Source: Planctomycetaceae bacterium (GTDB lineage Bacteria; Planctomycetota; Planctomycetia; Pirellulales; UBA1268). From it: DNA of 43,740 nt. The translations under genes and the position numbers were made by a program. The stretch is taken from contig JBJTJO010000160.1 in the NCBI GenBank assembly GCA_046095965.1, positions 1-43,740 of the forward strand, in the 5' to 3' direction. How positions within the stretch are numbered: the first letter of the stretch is position 1; every line of letters starts with the position of its first letter. Below, in pieces: positions 8,071 through 16,162 of the stretch. A model generated the notes under the pieces. It had not been told where the DNA came from, searched no databases, and saw nothing but the letters and a program-made list of their open reading frames with translations.

Positions 8071-8523
8071 TCAGTCAGGTGATTCAGTGACCGGCTCCGC
8101 CCCAAGGCCCCGCACGAAGCTCGTCGTCATGGCGGCGAAGACCGGGGCCACGCGGTCCCACTCGCGGTCCTCCGCCTGGCAGAGGAGGAGCCAGATGGCC
8201 GTGGGGGTCTCGAGCGTGCGCACCTGTGCGGTGTTCGTGAGATCGAGGCAGTAAAAGTTGAGGTCGAAGCCCGACAGCGTCCGGCCCTCCACGACGTCGG
8301 CCGCCGGCTCGGCGTCGAGATCGCGGTACTCATCCCGCATCTCGGTCACGACCGCCTCCGCGAGGTGGGCAGGCCGGCCGCCGGTTGCGTGGCCGCTGAC
8401 CGACCAGAAGCCCCCGTCGGGCGACTGCACCGTGACCGCGGTGCGACCCTCGCGGGCGTCGTCGGTGTCCACCGTCCACGAGTCGGGATAGGAGAAGTCG
8501 AGGCCGAAGCGGTGAAAGCGCAC
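8071..8523 (-). CDS. Hypothetical protein (150 aa, no recognised motif)
   Basis: This is a GTG-initiated ORF with genome-typical codon bias, lying directly upstream of and co-directional with mmuM and the TerC-family gene. There is no signal peptide and no catalytic motif. Confidence 0.55.
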   Translation of the reverse strand: MRFHRFGLDFSYPDSWTVDTDDAREGRTAVTVQSPDGGFWSVSGHATGGRPAHLAEAVVTEMRDEYRDLDAEPAADVVEGRTLSGFDLNFYCLDLTNTAQVRTLETPTAIWLLLCQAEDREWDRVAPVFAAMTTSFVRGLGAEPVTESPD

Positions 8524-8682
8524 GAACGCGGCTCCACGGAGGGGTGACGATGCCGCAAATTGTAGCCCTTTTCCCCGACCGCGAGCGGTCTGGACTCCGC
8601 TCCGAAGCCGCCGCTATCGTCCCGCCCCCTCCGGCTGCGGCGCGGTGCCGCGGCCGGGATTCCGACCCCTTCGTCTCCCGCC

Positions 8683-10746
8683 ATGGCGCACTCGCTCGGC
8701 ACCGTCGCCCCCGCCCGGCGGCCCCTCTCCGCGGGGCTCGCCGACTTCGCGCTGCCCGCCGCCATCCTCATGGCGGTGGCGGTCGTGCTGGCACCGGTGC
8801 CGCAGCCGCTCGTCGATCTGCTGCTCGCGGCGAACCTCACCGTCTCGGTGCTGGCGCTGCTCGGGGCGCTGGCCGCCCGCACGCCGCTGGAGATGAGCGG
8901 GTTCCCCACGTTCCTGCTCGGGGCGACGCTCATCAGGCTGGTGCTCAACATCGCCACCACGCGGCTCATCCTCTCCCGGGCCGCGATCGACGGCCCCGCC
9001 GCCGCCGGCCGCGTCGTCGAGGCGTTCGGCGAGTTCGTGGCCGCCAACGACCTCGTCGTCGGCGCGGTGATCTTCGCGATCATCGCGATCGTGCAGTTCG
9101 TCGTGATCACGGCCGGTGCCACGCGGACGAGCGAGGTGGCCGCCCGGTTCACGCTCGACGGACTGCCCGGTCGCCAGATGGCGATCGACGCCGAGGTGCA
9201 GGCCGGCGGGCTCACCCGCGACCAGGCCCGGCAGGCCCGGCTCGACCTCCAGCGGCAGGCCGACTTCTTCGCGGCCATGGACGGCTCCAGCCGGTTCGTG
9301 CGCGGCGAGGCGGTGGCGAGCGTCGTCATCACCCTCGTCAACGTGGCCGGCGGCCTGGCGATCGGGATCGCCGAGCACGGCATGGCGCTCGACCGGGCCC
9401 TCGGTCTCTACTCGCGGCTGACGATCGGCGACGGGCTGGCGAGCGCCGTGCCGTCGCTCCTGGTGTCGGTGGCCACGGGCCTGCTGCTCTCGCGATCGAC
9501 CCAGGCGGTCGATCTGTCGCGGGAGTTCGGCCGGCAGTTCACGGCCCGCCCCCACGTGCTGGCGATCACCGGGGTCTTCCTATCGCTCCTCTCGCTCACC
9601 GACCTTCCCTTCCTGCCGCTGGCCGGCATGGCCGGCGTGCTGCTCACCGGCGCGCTCGTCACCGCGCGGGCGGGGCGCAGGCCGGCCGGGCCCGCCGATC
9701 CCGCCGACTCCGTCGCGGCCGACGTCGCGCCGACGCGGGCCCTGTTCGGCGAGGACCGCGTCGTCGTCGAACTCGGCCGCGGGCTCGTCAGGCTGGTGGC
9801 GGCGGGCGAGGGCCGGCTCCTCGATTCCGTGGCCGCGCTTCGCGCCCGTGTGGCGGGCGACCTCGGATTCGTCCTGCCGGAGGTGACGTTGCGCGACGAC
9901 CTGGCGCTGCCCGACCGCGGCTACCGTGTGAGCGTCGCCGGCCAGCTCGTGGCCGAGGAGGAATTGCCTCCGGGCCGACTGCTGGTGATCCCGCCACCGG
10001 GCGCGGCGGGCACGGTGGCCGGCAGCGACGCCGTCGATTGGATCGACGGCCGCCGCTGCACGTGGGCCGGCCATGCGCAGGCGGAGACAGCCCGCCGCCG
10101 TGGCGCGACGGTGCTCGACGAGGCCGGCTGCATCGCCCGGGCGCTCGAGGGGGCGGTGCGCCGCCACGCCGACCGGCTGCTGTCGCGCGAGGACGCGTCG
10201 CGACTCGTCGAATCGCTCCGCGAGTCGCAGCCGTCCCTCGTGGCGCAGGTGACGCCCGAGCCGCTGTCGATCGCGCGGATCCAGCGGACGCTGCAGTGCC
10301 TGCTGGCCGAGGGCGTGCCGATCCGGCCGCTCGGCGAGCTGCTGGAAATCATGGCCGATCACGCGGCCGAAGCACCCGAGCCGGCGGATCTTGCCGAGAT
10401 CGTGCGCCGTCGGCTGGCGGCCGCGATCTGCCGCCGGGCGCGGGACCCGCAGGGCCGGCTCACCGCGGTGCGGCTCGCCGGCGCGGCCCTCGAGGCCTGC
10501 GGCGCCACGGGCACGCGGCCGGCCGCCAAGGTCGTCGCCGAGGTGCGCCGCGCGATCCGCATCGCCGTGGAGCGGGGGGGCGCGCCGGTCGTCCTCGTGC
10601 CGGCAGCCGTGCGCCGGCAGGTCCGGGCGGCGCTCGCGCGGGAACTGCCAACGGCGCAGGTGCTGGCCGAGGAGGAGGCCGCGGAGGACCGCGGCCTCGA
10701 GGTGTTCGCGACCGTGTCGGGAGCGGAGCCGGCCCGCGCGGCCTGA
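8683..10746 (+). CDS. flhA: Flagellar biosynthesis protein FlhA (FHIPEP type III export gate)
   Basis: 'FPTFLLGATLIRLVLNIATTRLILS', 'VEAFGEFV..NDLVVGAVIFAIIAIVQFVVITAGATRTSEVAARFTLDGLPGRQMAIDAE' and 'FFAAMDGSSRFVRGEAVASVVITLVN' are canonical FHIPEP motifs, followed by a large cytoplasmic C-terminal domain. Confidence 0.95.
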   Translation: MAHSLGTVAPARRPLSAGLADFALPAAILMAVAVVLAPVPQPLVDLLLAANLTVSVLALLGALAARTPLEMSGFPTFLLGATLIRLVLNIATTRLILSRAAIDGPAAAGRVVEAFGEFVAANDLVVGAVIFAIIAIVQFVVITAGATRTSEVAARFTLDGLPGRQMAIDAEVQAGGLTRDQARQARLDLQRQADFFAAMDGSSRFVRGEAVASVVITLVNVAGGLAIGIAEHGMALDRALGLYSRLTIGDGLASAVPSLLVSVATGLLLSRSTQAVDLSREFGRQFTARPHVLAITGVFLSLLSLTDLPFLPLAGMAGVLLTGALVTARAGRRPAGPADPADSVAADVAPTRALFGEDRVVVELGRGLVRLVAAGEGRLLDSVAALRARVAGDLGFVLPEVTLRDDLALPDRGYRVSVAGQLVAEEELPPGRLLVIPPPGAAGTVAGSDAVDWIDGRRCTWAGHAQAETARRRGATVLDEAGCIARALEGAVRRHADRLLSREDASRLVESLRESQPSLVAQVTPEPLSIARIQRTLQCLLAEGVPIRPLGELLEIMADHAAEAPEPADLAEIVRRRLAAAICRRARDPQGRLTAVRLAGAALEACGATGTRPAAKVVAEVRRAIRIAVERGGAPVVLVPAAVRRQVRAALARELPTAQVLAEEEAAEDRGLEVFATVSGAEPARAA

Positions 10747-10903
10747 CCATCGTCACCCTGGAGAAGCCGGGCAAGCCGTGCGGCCCCCGGAAGAAAACGT
10801 CGAGCGACCGAGCCCGCCATGCCGATGCCGGAAAATTCGGCGTGAGGATCAGCATGCGGCCCCGCACCACGACGGTGCAGGGCGACCCGTCAAGGAGGAC
10901 CAC

Positions 10904-11695
10904 GTGGCATACCACGCGACGCAGTCGAGCCCCGAAGAGGTGCTGGACATCTGGAAGCGGCTCAAGGCCGACCCCGAAAACCAGGAGCTGCGGAATCGGC
11001 TCATGGAGATCTATCTCCCTCTCGTCAAGTACAACGGCGAGCGGATCTGGTCCCGGCTTCCCGACGGTGTCGAACTCGACGACCTCGTGTCGGCCGGCAC
11101 GTTCGGCCTGATGGACGCGATCGACGCCTTCGACATGTCGCGAGGCGTGAAATTCGAGACCTACTGCGTGCCGCGGATCCGCGGGGCGATGCTCGACGAA
11201 CTGCGGACCATGGACTGGGTGCCGCGGCTCGTGCGGTCGAAGGCGAGCAAGCTCAACGAGGCCATCAAGACGCTCGAGGCGAAGCTCGGGCGGGCGCCCG
11301 CCGACGCCGAGGTGGCCGAGCACATGGGGCTGTCGCGAGAGGAATTCGAGAAGCTGCTCGTGGACGCCAACGCCGTGAGCCTCGTGAGCCTCAACAAGAA
11401 GTGGTGCGAGACCGACAGCTCGAAGGAGGTGCACGAGATCGACGTGCTCGAGGACAAGAAGGGGGAGGACCCCACGCGGCGGCTCCAGAAGGGCGACCTG
11501 ATGCGTCTGGTCACGAAGGGCCTCAACCGCAACGAGCGGCTGATCATCATCCTCTACTACTACGAGGAGCTGACGATGAAGGAGATCGGGGCGACCCTCG
11601 ACCTCTCGGAGAGCCGTGTCAGCCAGATGCACAGCGCGATCGTCGAGCGGCTCCAGAACCAGCTCGGCCGGCGGCGGCCGGAGTTCGCGATGTGA
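10904..11695 (+). CDS. fliA: Flagellar RNA polymerase sigma factor FliA (sigma-28)
   Basis: The GTG at 10904 is preceded by AAGGAGGA (10892..10899). Region 2 is 'DDLVSAGTFGLMDAIDAFD..GVKFETYCVPRIRGAMLDELR'. Region 4.2 is 'LTMKEIGATLDLSESRVSQMHSAIVERL'. The gene sits between flhA and flgM. The long upstream part of ORF 10391.. is a GC artefact. Confidence 0.92.
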   Translation: MAYHATQSSPEEVLDIWKRLKADPENQELRNRLMEIYLPLVKYNGERIWSRLPDGVELDDLVSAGTFGLMDAIDAFDMSRGVKFETYCVPRIRGAMLDELRTMDWVPRLVRSKASKLNEAIKTLEAKLGRAPADAEVAEHMGLSREEFEKLLVDANAVSLVSLNKKWCETDSSKEVHEIDVLEDKKGEDPTRRLQKGDLMRLVTKGLNRNERLIIILYYYEELTMKEIGATLDLSESRVSQMHSAIVERLQNQLGRRRPEFAM

Positions 11696-11771
11696 GCCGC
11701 GTGGCAGGCTGGGCGGTCTGGGCAGCGGACACCCCGGCAGGACGGGAAAAATTGGCAACGAAAAAAATCAT

Positions 11772-11799
11772 TCAAGGATTCCGGATGGCTGGTCGATGA
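11772..11799 (+). promoter_or_regulatory. Weak sigma-28-like promoter candidate upstream of flgM (TCAA-N16-GTCGATGA)
   Basis: This was compared by eye with the TAAA-N15-GCCGATAA consensus. It lies in the only AT-rich patch of the 318-bp fliA-flgM spacer, about 215 nt upstream of the flgM ATG. The match is partial and the spacer is 1 nt too long. Confidence 0.22.
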
Positions 11800-12013
11800 A
11801 TCAAAGTGGGCCGCGGCGGCCGGTCGGCGAACCCGATCGGCGGTCGGCGGGCGACTGGTGTCGCCCGGACGCGGAAGCGCGGCAAGAATGGAAGGCGTTC
11901 GAACGGCGACGGGTGACGGAACGACAACGCATCGAACATCCTGACGGCATGCCGCGTACCGGGTGTCGTGTGGGGGAGATGGAACTCGAAGCCAGTTCGC
12001 AAGGAGTGCAATC

Positions 12014-12298
12014 ATGAACATCCTCGGAATCTTTTCGACGCACGGTGCCCAGGCCGCTCACGCGGTGAAGGGTGTCGAGGCCGCGCAGGCCTCGCGGGCC
12101 GCCGCCGCCCAGCAGGGCGTGGGCGAGGTCCACGACGCGGTGACGCTGTCGGTCGATGCGGTTCGGGCCGCCGATGCGACCGCCGACATCCGCTTCGACC
12201 GCGTCAACGCGATCCGGGCCGCGATCGCCGACGGCACTTACGAGACGCCCGACAAGCTCGACGCCGCGCTCGACCGGTTGCTCGACAGCCTGGGCTGA
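12014..12298 (+). CDS. flgM: Anti-sigma-28 factor FlgM
   Basis: The ATG at 12014 follows AAGGAG (12001..12006). The protein is small (94 aa) and Ala/Gln-rich. Its C-terminus 'RVNAIRAAIADGTYETPDKLDAALDRLL' matches the FlgM domain pattern (..IK.AI..G.Y.vd...iA..ll). It lies directly downstream of fliA. Confidence 0.85.
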   Translation: MNILGIFSTHGAQAAHAVKGVEAAQASRAAAAQQGVGEVHDAVTLSVDAVRAADATADIRFDRVNAIRAAIADGTYETPDKLDAALDRLLDSLG

Positions 12299-12388
12299 AG
12301 CTGACGGCGCGGCCGCGGGGCCGGCTTGAAGCGTCAGGGATTCGCGGACGGCCGACCGACGTGCGGCCCGACCGTGGTCCGTGGTAGG

Positions 12389-12407
12389 ATGTCGGCACCG
12401 CCGACAT
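12389..12407. promoter_or_regulatory. 19-bp palindrome ATGTCGGC-ACC-GCCGACAT, 19 nt upstream of the fur start; candidate operator
   Basis: The 8-nt inverted arms are perfect, as read directly. The site is immediately preceded by TAGGAT (a -10-like hexamer, 12385..12390). It has the same overall length as a classical Fur box, but the sequence is GC-rich and unlike the E. coli consensus. Confidence 0.4.
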
Positions 12408-12426
12408 TCCTCGCCGGATCACCGTC

Positions 12427-12933
12427 ATGCCCGTGGCCCACGACTTTTCGCTCGGCTCCGTGGACGTGGCGCTGTCGCCCCGCGAGCGGTTCGCCGAGTA
12501 TCTCCAGGCCCGCGGCAAGCGGATCACCCGGCAGCGGCAGGTGATCGTCGATCACGTCGCGGGCCGCCACGAGCATTTCGACGCGGAGCAGCTGCTCGCC
12601 GACCTGCGGAAGACGTCCCCGGGGGGGCGGGCCAGTCGGCCGACCGTCTACCGCACGCTCGCGGAGATGGTCGATGCCGGGTTGCTCCACAAGATGGTGC
12701 TCGACGGTCGCGCGGTCTACGAGCACGACTACGGGTATCCGCAGCACGACCACCTCTACTGCACGTCCTGCCGGGCGCTCATCGAGTTCTCGAGCGCCGA
12801 GGTGGTGAAGATCCGCGACGCCGTGGCCGCGCGGCACCGCTTCCTTCCCCGGGGCCACCGCCTCATCGTCACCGGGCTGTGCGCCGGCTGCCGCACGAAC
12901 CGCAAGACGGCGCGGCACCAGGACCGCGTGTGA
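12427..12933 (+). CDS. fur: Fur-family transcriptional regulator (Fur/Zur/PerR class not resolved)
   Basis: 'RITRQRQVIVDHV......HFDAEQLL..L.......ASRPTVYRTLAEMVDAGLL' forms the winged helix. 'HDHLYCTSC' and 'CAGC' supply the HxH plus two CxxC metal sites. Confidence 0.9.
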   Translation: MPVAHDFSLGSVDVALSPRERFAEYLQARGKRITRQRQVIVDHVAGRHEHFDAEQLLADLRKTSPGGRASRPTVYRTLAEMVDAGLLHKMVLDGRAVYEHDYGYPQHDHLYCTSCRALIEFSSAEVVKIRDAVAARHRFLPRGHRLIVTGLCAGCRTNRKTARHQDRV

Positions 12934-12970
12934 GACGTTCGCGAATCGGACCGGAGCCGCCGGGTGGCCC

Positions 12971-13000
12971 AAAATCGGATATTGACGTCCAGAATAGGTC
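12971..13000 (+). promoter_or_regulatory. AT-rich patch (AAAATCGGATATTGACGTCCAGAATAGGTC) between fur and the CXXCH gene; candidate promoter or operator
   Basis: This is a local AT-rich island containing TTGACG (12982..12987), about 60 nt upstream of the ATG at 13062. No convincing -10 element or Fur-box consensus was identified. Confidence 0.3.
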
Positions 13001-13061
13001 ACGCCATGCTGGTGGGGTGGTCGATCGGATTGGTGGTGCGCCTGGCAGGTGGGAGGTGACC

Positions 13062-14363
13062 ATGCGATTCACTTCTCTGGCAGTCGTCGCGGTCATGGTG
13101 GCGGTGGGCGTCGAGAGGCGGGCCCGCGCCGAGGACGAGTTCGAGCGGCCCCCCATCGCCTACTCCGCGGGCGCGCCGGACAACCCCGTCGAGCGGCTTC
13201 GGTGCCGGCTCGACGCGGGGGAGGTGACGCTCGCGCATGCCGGGCGGGGCGGCTACCTCCGCGCCGTGCTCGCGGCGCTCGACGTGCCGGTGTCGAGCCA
13301 GACGCTCGTGTTCTCCAAGACGAGCCTCCAGCAGCAGCGGATCTCGCCGACGAACGCGCGGGCCCTGTACTTCAACGACGACGTCTACGTCGGTTGGGTG
13401 CCCGGAGGCGAGGTCGTGGAGTTCTCCGTCGCCGATCCGGCCCTGGGGACCGTGTTCTACGCGCTCGACGACGATCCGGCCGAGCGGCCGCGGATCGAGC
13501 GGCAGACCGACGATTGCCTCATCTGCCACGGCGGGTCGCAGACGCGGGGCGTGCCCGGACACGTCATCCGTTCGGTCTATCCCGACAGGGGTGGGCAGCC
13601 GATCTTCTCCGCGGGCTCCCACCGCGTGGACGATACCACCCCGTTCGAGCGGCGCTGGGGGGGCTGGTACGTGACCGGGTCGCACGGAGCGGCCGCGCAC
13701 CTCGGCAACCTCACCTACGGGAAGCGGCCCGATGGCGAGGGGCCCGGCGCGCCCGACGGACTCAACATGACCGACCTCGGCGGGCGGATCGACACCGCCC
13801 GCTACCTGTCGCCCCACAGCGACCTCGTGGCGCTCACGGTACTCGCGCACCAGGCCGCCGCGCACAACGCGATCACGAAGGCGTCGTTCGACGCCCGGAC
13901 GGCGCTCCATCGGGAGGAGTCGCTCAATCGCGAGCTCGGCGAGCCGGCGGGCACGCGTTGGCCGAGCACGGAGACCGTGCTCGACGGCGCGGCCGCCGCC
14001 CTCGTGGACTGCTTCCTGTTCCGGGGAGCGGCGCCGCTCGAGGCGCCGATCGCCGGGACGAGCCCGTTCGCCACCGAGTTTGCGGCCGCCGGCCCACGGG
14101 ATCCGCGGGGGCGGTCGCTCCGCGACCTCGACCTCGAGACGCGGCTCTTTCGGCACCCCTGCAGCTTCCTCGTCTACTCGGCGAGTTTCGCCGCGCTGCC
14201 CGACGACGTGAAATCGCGGTTCTGGAAGCGGATGGACGAGGTGCTCTCCGGTCGCACCGGCGGGAGCGACTTCGCCCACCTCACCGTCGCCGACCGCGCC
14301 GCCATCCGCGAGATCCTCGCCGCCACGAAGCCCGACGCGCCGGACGCATGGCGGACGCCGTAG
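13062..14363 (+). CDS. Secreted protein with a single c-type haem-binding motif (CXXCH), function unknown
   Basis: The ATG at 13062 follows GGGAGG. A signal peptide is present ('MRFTSLAVVAVMVAVGVERRARAED'). The motif 'DDCLICHGG' lies at 13515..13529, in frame. The upstream part of ORF 12381.. overlaps fur in another frame and is an artefact. Confidence 0.75.
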   Translation: MRFTSLAVVAVMVAVGVERRARAEDEFERPPIAYSAGAPDNPVERLRCRLDAGEVTLAHAGRGGYLRAVLAALDVPVSSQTLVFSKTSLQQQRISPTNARALYFNDDVYVGWVPGGEVVEFSVADPALGTVFYALDDDPAERPRIERQTDDCLICHGGSQTRGVPGHVIRSVYPDRGGQPIFSAGSHRVDDTTPFERRWGGWYVTGSHGAAAHLGNLTYGKRPDGEGPGAPDGLNMTDLGGRIDTARYLSPHSDLVALTVLAHQAAAHNAITKASFDARTALHREESLNRELGEPAGTRWPSTETVLDGAAAALVDCFLFRGAAPLEAPIAGTSPFATEFAAAGPRDPRGRSLRDLDLETRLFRHPCSFLVYSASFAALPDDVKSRFWKRMDEVLSGRTGGSDFAHLTVADRAAIREILAATKPDAPDAWRTP

Positions 14364-14462
14364 GCGGCGCGGCCGGCCGACTGCCCGCAACGCTGGGCTG
14401 GCAGCGCGCCGGCTCGGGGCCGCCCATGCCCCGTCGCCGGACGTTCACTGCGGGCAGCGATC

Positions 14463-14568
14463 TCTCCCTCTCCCTCTGGGAGAGGGCCGGGGTGAGGGTG
14501 CGGGGGATTCGCACAGCCTCACAAGCACCCTCACCCGGCCTGCGGCCGGCCTCTCCCAGAGGGAGAGG
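14463..14568. repeat. Nested palindromic (REP/MITE-like) element, copy A: two inverted ~38-nt modules around a ~24-nt spacer
   Basis: The left arm is 14463..14501 (..CTCCCTCTGGGAGAGGGCCGGGGTGAGGGTGC). The right arm is 14525..14568 (GCACCCTCACCCGGCC[tgcggccgg]CCTCTCCCAGAGGGAGAGG). The arms are reverse complements apart from a 9-nt insert. Each arm contains CCCTCT-N3-AGAGGG. The element lies between the convergent CXXCH gene and purB. The same module recurs at 33215..33322. Confidence 0.85.
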
Positions 14569-14719
14569 CGAAGGAGGCGATGGGCGGCCCCTCGCCTCCT
14601 CAACTCGTAGAGGCAGCTCGGCGGGGGCTCGGGACGAGGATGCGGAGCCGCGGCGCCTCGCCGCAGCGAACGCAACTCGTACCGGCCCTCAAGCCGAGCG
14701 GCTTGGGCGCGGAACGGGC

Positions 14720-16162
14720 CTACACCTTCAACACCGACTCGGGGGCGCGGGCCGGGCAGTCGGCGAGGGCGGCGCGGACGGCGCCGCCGACGAACTCCTC
14801 GACCTGCGCGGCGGCGCGGCCGGCGAGGTCCTGCGTGTCCATCGCGGCGGCCAGGTCGATCGCGTCGAAGAGCGGGTCGGCCGCGAGCCGGCCGGCAAGG
14901 TCGTTGGCGTGCCCCTCGCGCATCCGGGCGGTCGCGGCGTGGCTGTGGGTGCGCAGCGCCTCGTGGAGCGCCTGCCGGTCGCCGCCGGCCGTCGTCGCCG
15001 CCATGAGGATCTTCTCCGCGGCGAGGAAGGGGAGGTGCTCGTCGAGGTTGCGGGCGATGCCGCCCGGCAGCACGACGAGGCCCCCGGCGATGTTGGCGAA
15101 GATGACGAGCTCGGCGTCGGTCGCCAGGAATGCCTGCGGCAGGACGAGCCGCCGCGGCGCCGAGTCGTCGAGCGTGCGCTCCATCCACTGCACGGCCGCG
15201 GTCTGGCCGGCCGTCGCCTGCAGCCCCATCACGAAGCGGGCCAGGCCGCACATCCGCTCGGCCCGCATCGGGTTGCGCTTGTAGGGCATCGCCGAGGAGC
15301 CCACCTGCTCCTGCTCGAACGGCTCCTCGAGCTCGCCCCACGCGGCGGCGAGCCGCAGGTCATTGCCCGCCTTGTGCGCCGATTCCGAGACACCCGCGAG
15401 CGCCGCCACCACCTGCGAGTCCACCTTCCGCGTGTAGGTCTGGCCGGTGACCTCGTAGGAGGAGTGGAAGCCGAGTTTCCTGGCGACGAGCTCGTCGAGC
15501 CGGCGGACCTTGGCGTGGTCGCCGTGGAACAGCTCGAGGAAGCTGGCCTGCGTGCCGGTCGTCCCCTTCATGCCGCGGGCCCGCAGGAGCTTGCGGCGGT
15601 GGGTCACCTCCTCGAGGTCGAGGAGCAGGTCGTGGATCCAGAGGCAGATCCGCTTGCCGATCGTGGTGGGCTGTGCGGGCTGGAGGTGCGTGCGTCCCAG
15701 GCAGACGACATCCTTCGTCTCCAGGGCCTTCGCCGCCAGTCGCTCGATCACCGTCGCCAGCCGGGCCGCGATCAGGTCGAGCGAGTCGCGGATGAGGATC
15801 AGGTCGGCGTTGTCGGTGATGCTCGCGCTCGTGGCGCCGAGGTGGAGGATCGGCCGCGCCGCCGGGCAGTCGTCGCCGAAGGCGTGGAGGTGCGCGAAGA
15901 CGTCGTGCCGCATCCGCCGCTCGTACTCCGCCGCCTTCGCGAAGTCGATCGTCGCGAGGTGGGCCCGCATCTCGGCGAGCTGCGCCGGCGTGATCGGCAG
16001 ACCGAGCTCCGCCTCGGCCTCGGCCAGCGCGAGCCATACCTGCCGCCAGAGGCGGTAGCGGTGGTTGTCGCTCCAGATGCGGGTCATCTGCGCCGACGCG
16101 TAGCGGGCGGCGAGCGGGTTGTCCCAGAGGTCGCGGGGATCGGGGTGGTGGTCGGCGTTCAC
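14720..16162 (-). CDS. purB: Adenylosuccinate lyase
   Basis: '[36 protein letters not shown]', '[16 protein letters not shown]', '[17 protein letters not shown]' (fumarate-lyase signature) and '[12 protein letters not shown]' are all present. The GTG start at 16162 overlaps the holA TGA stop (GTGA). The 696-aa ORF listed in the track is over-extended. Confidence 0.95.
   Translation of the reverse strand: MNADHHPDPRDLWDNPLAARYASAQMTRIWSDNHRYRLWRQVWLALAEAEAELGLPITPAQLAEMRAHLATIDFAKAAEYERRMRHDVFAHLHAFGDDCPAARPILHLGATSASITDNADLILIRDSLDLIAARLATVIERLAAKALETKDVVCLGRTHLQPAQPTTIGKRICLWIHDLLLDLEEVTHRRKLLRARGMKGTTGTQASFLELFHGDHAKVRRLDELVARKLGFHSSYEVTGQTYTRKVDSQVVAALAGVSESAHKAGNDLRLAAAWGELEEPFEQEQVGSSAMPYKRNPMRAERMCGLARFVMGLQATAGQTAAVQWMERTLDDSAPRRLVLPQAFLATDAELVIFANIAGGLVVLPGGIARNLDEHLPFLAAEKILMAATTAGGDRQALHEALRTHSHAATARMREGHANDLAGRLAADPLFDAIDLAAAMDTQDLAGRAAAQVEEFVGGAVRAALADCPARAPESVLKV

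Noticed and set aside
11880-11915. A tRNA-like T-loop sequence (GCGTTCGAACGGC) in the fliA-flgM spacer.
   Set aside because: The flanks cannot form a T-stem (GGCG/GGCG are not complementary). No acceptor or anticodon arms can be drawn. This is an isolated chance match.
12299-12340. A hairpin after flgM (CTGACG...CGTCAG) as an intrinsic terminator.
   Set aside because: It has only a 6-bp outer stem with a long 25-nt GC-rich loop and no U-tract. It is not distinguishable from background GC-rich self-complementarity.
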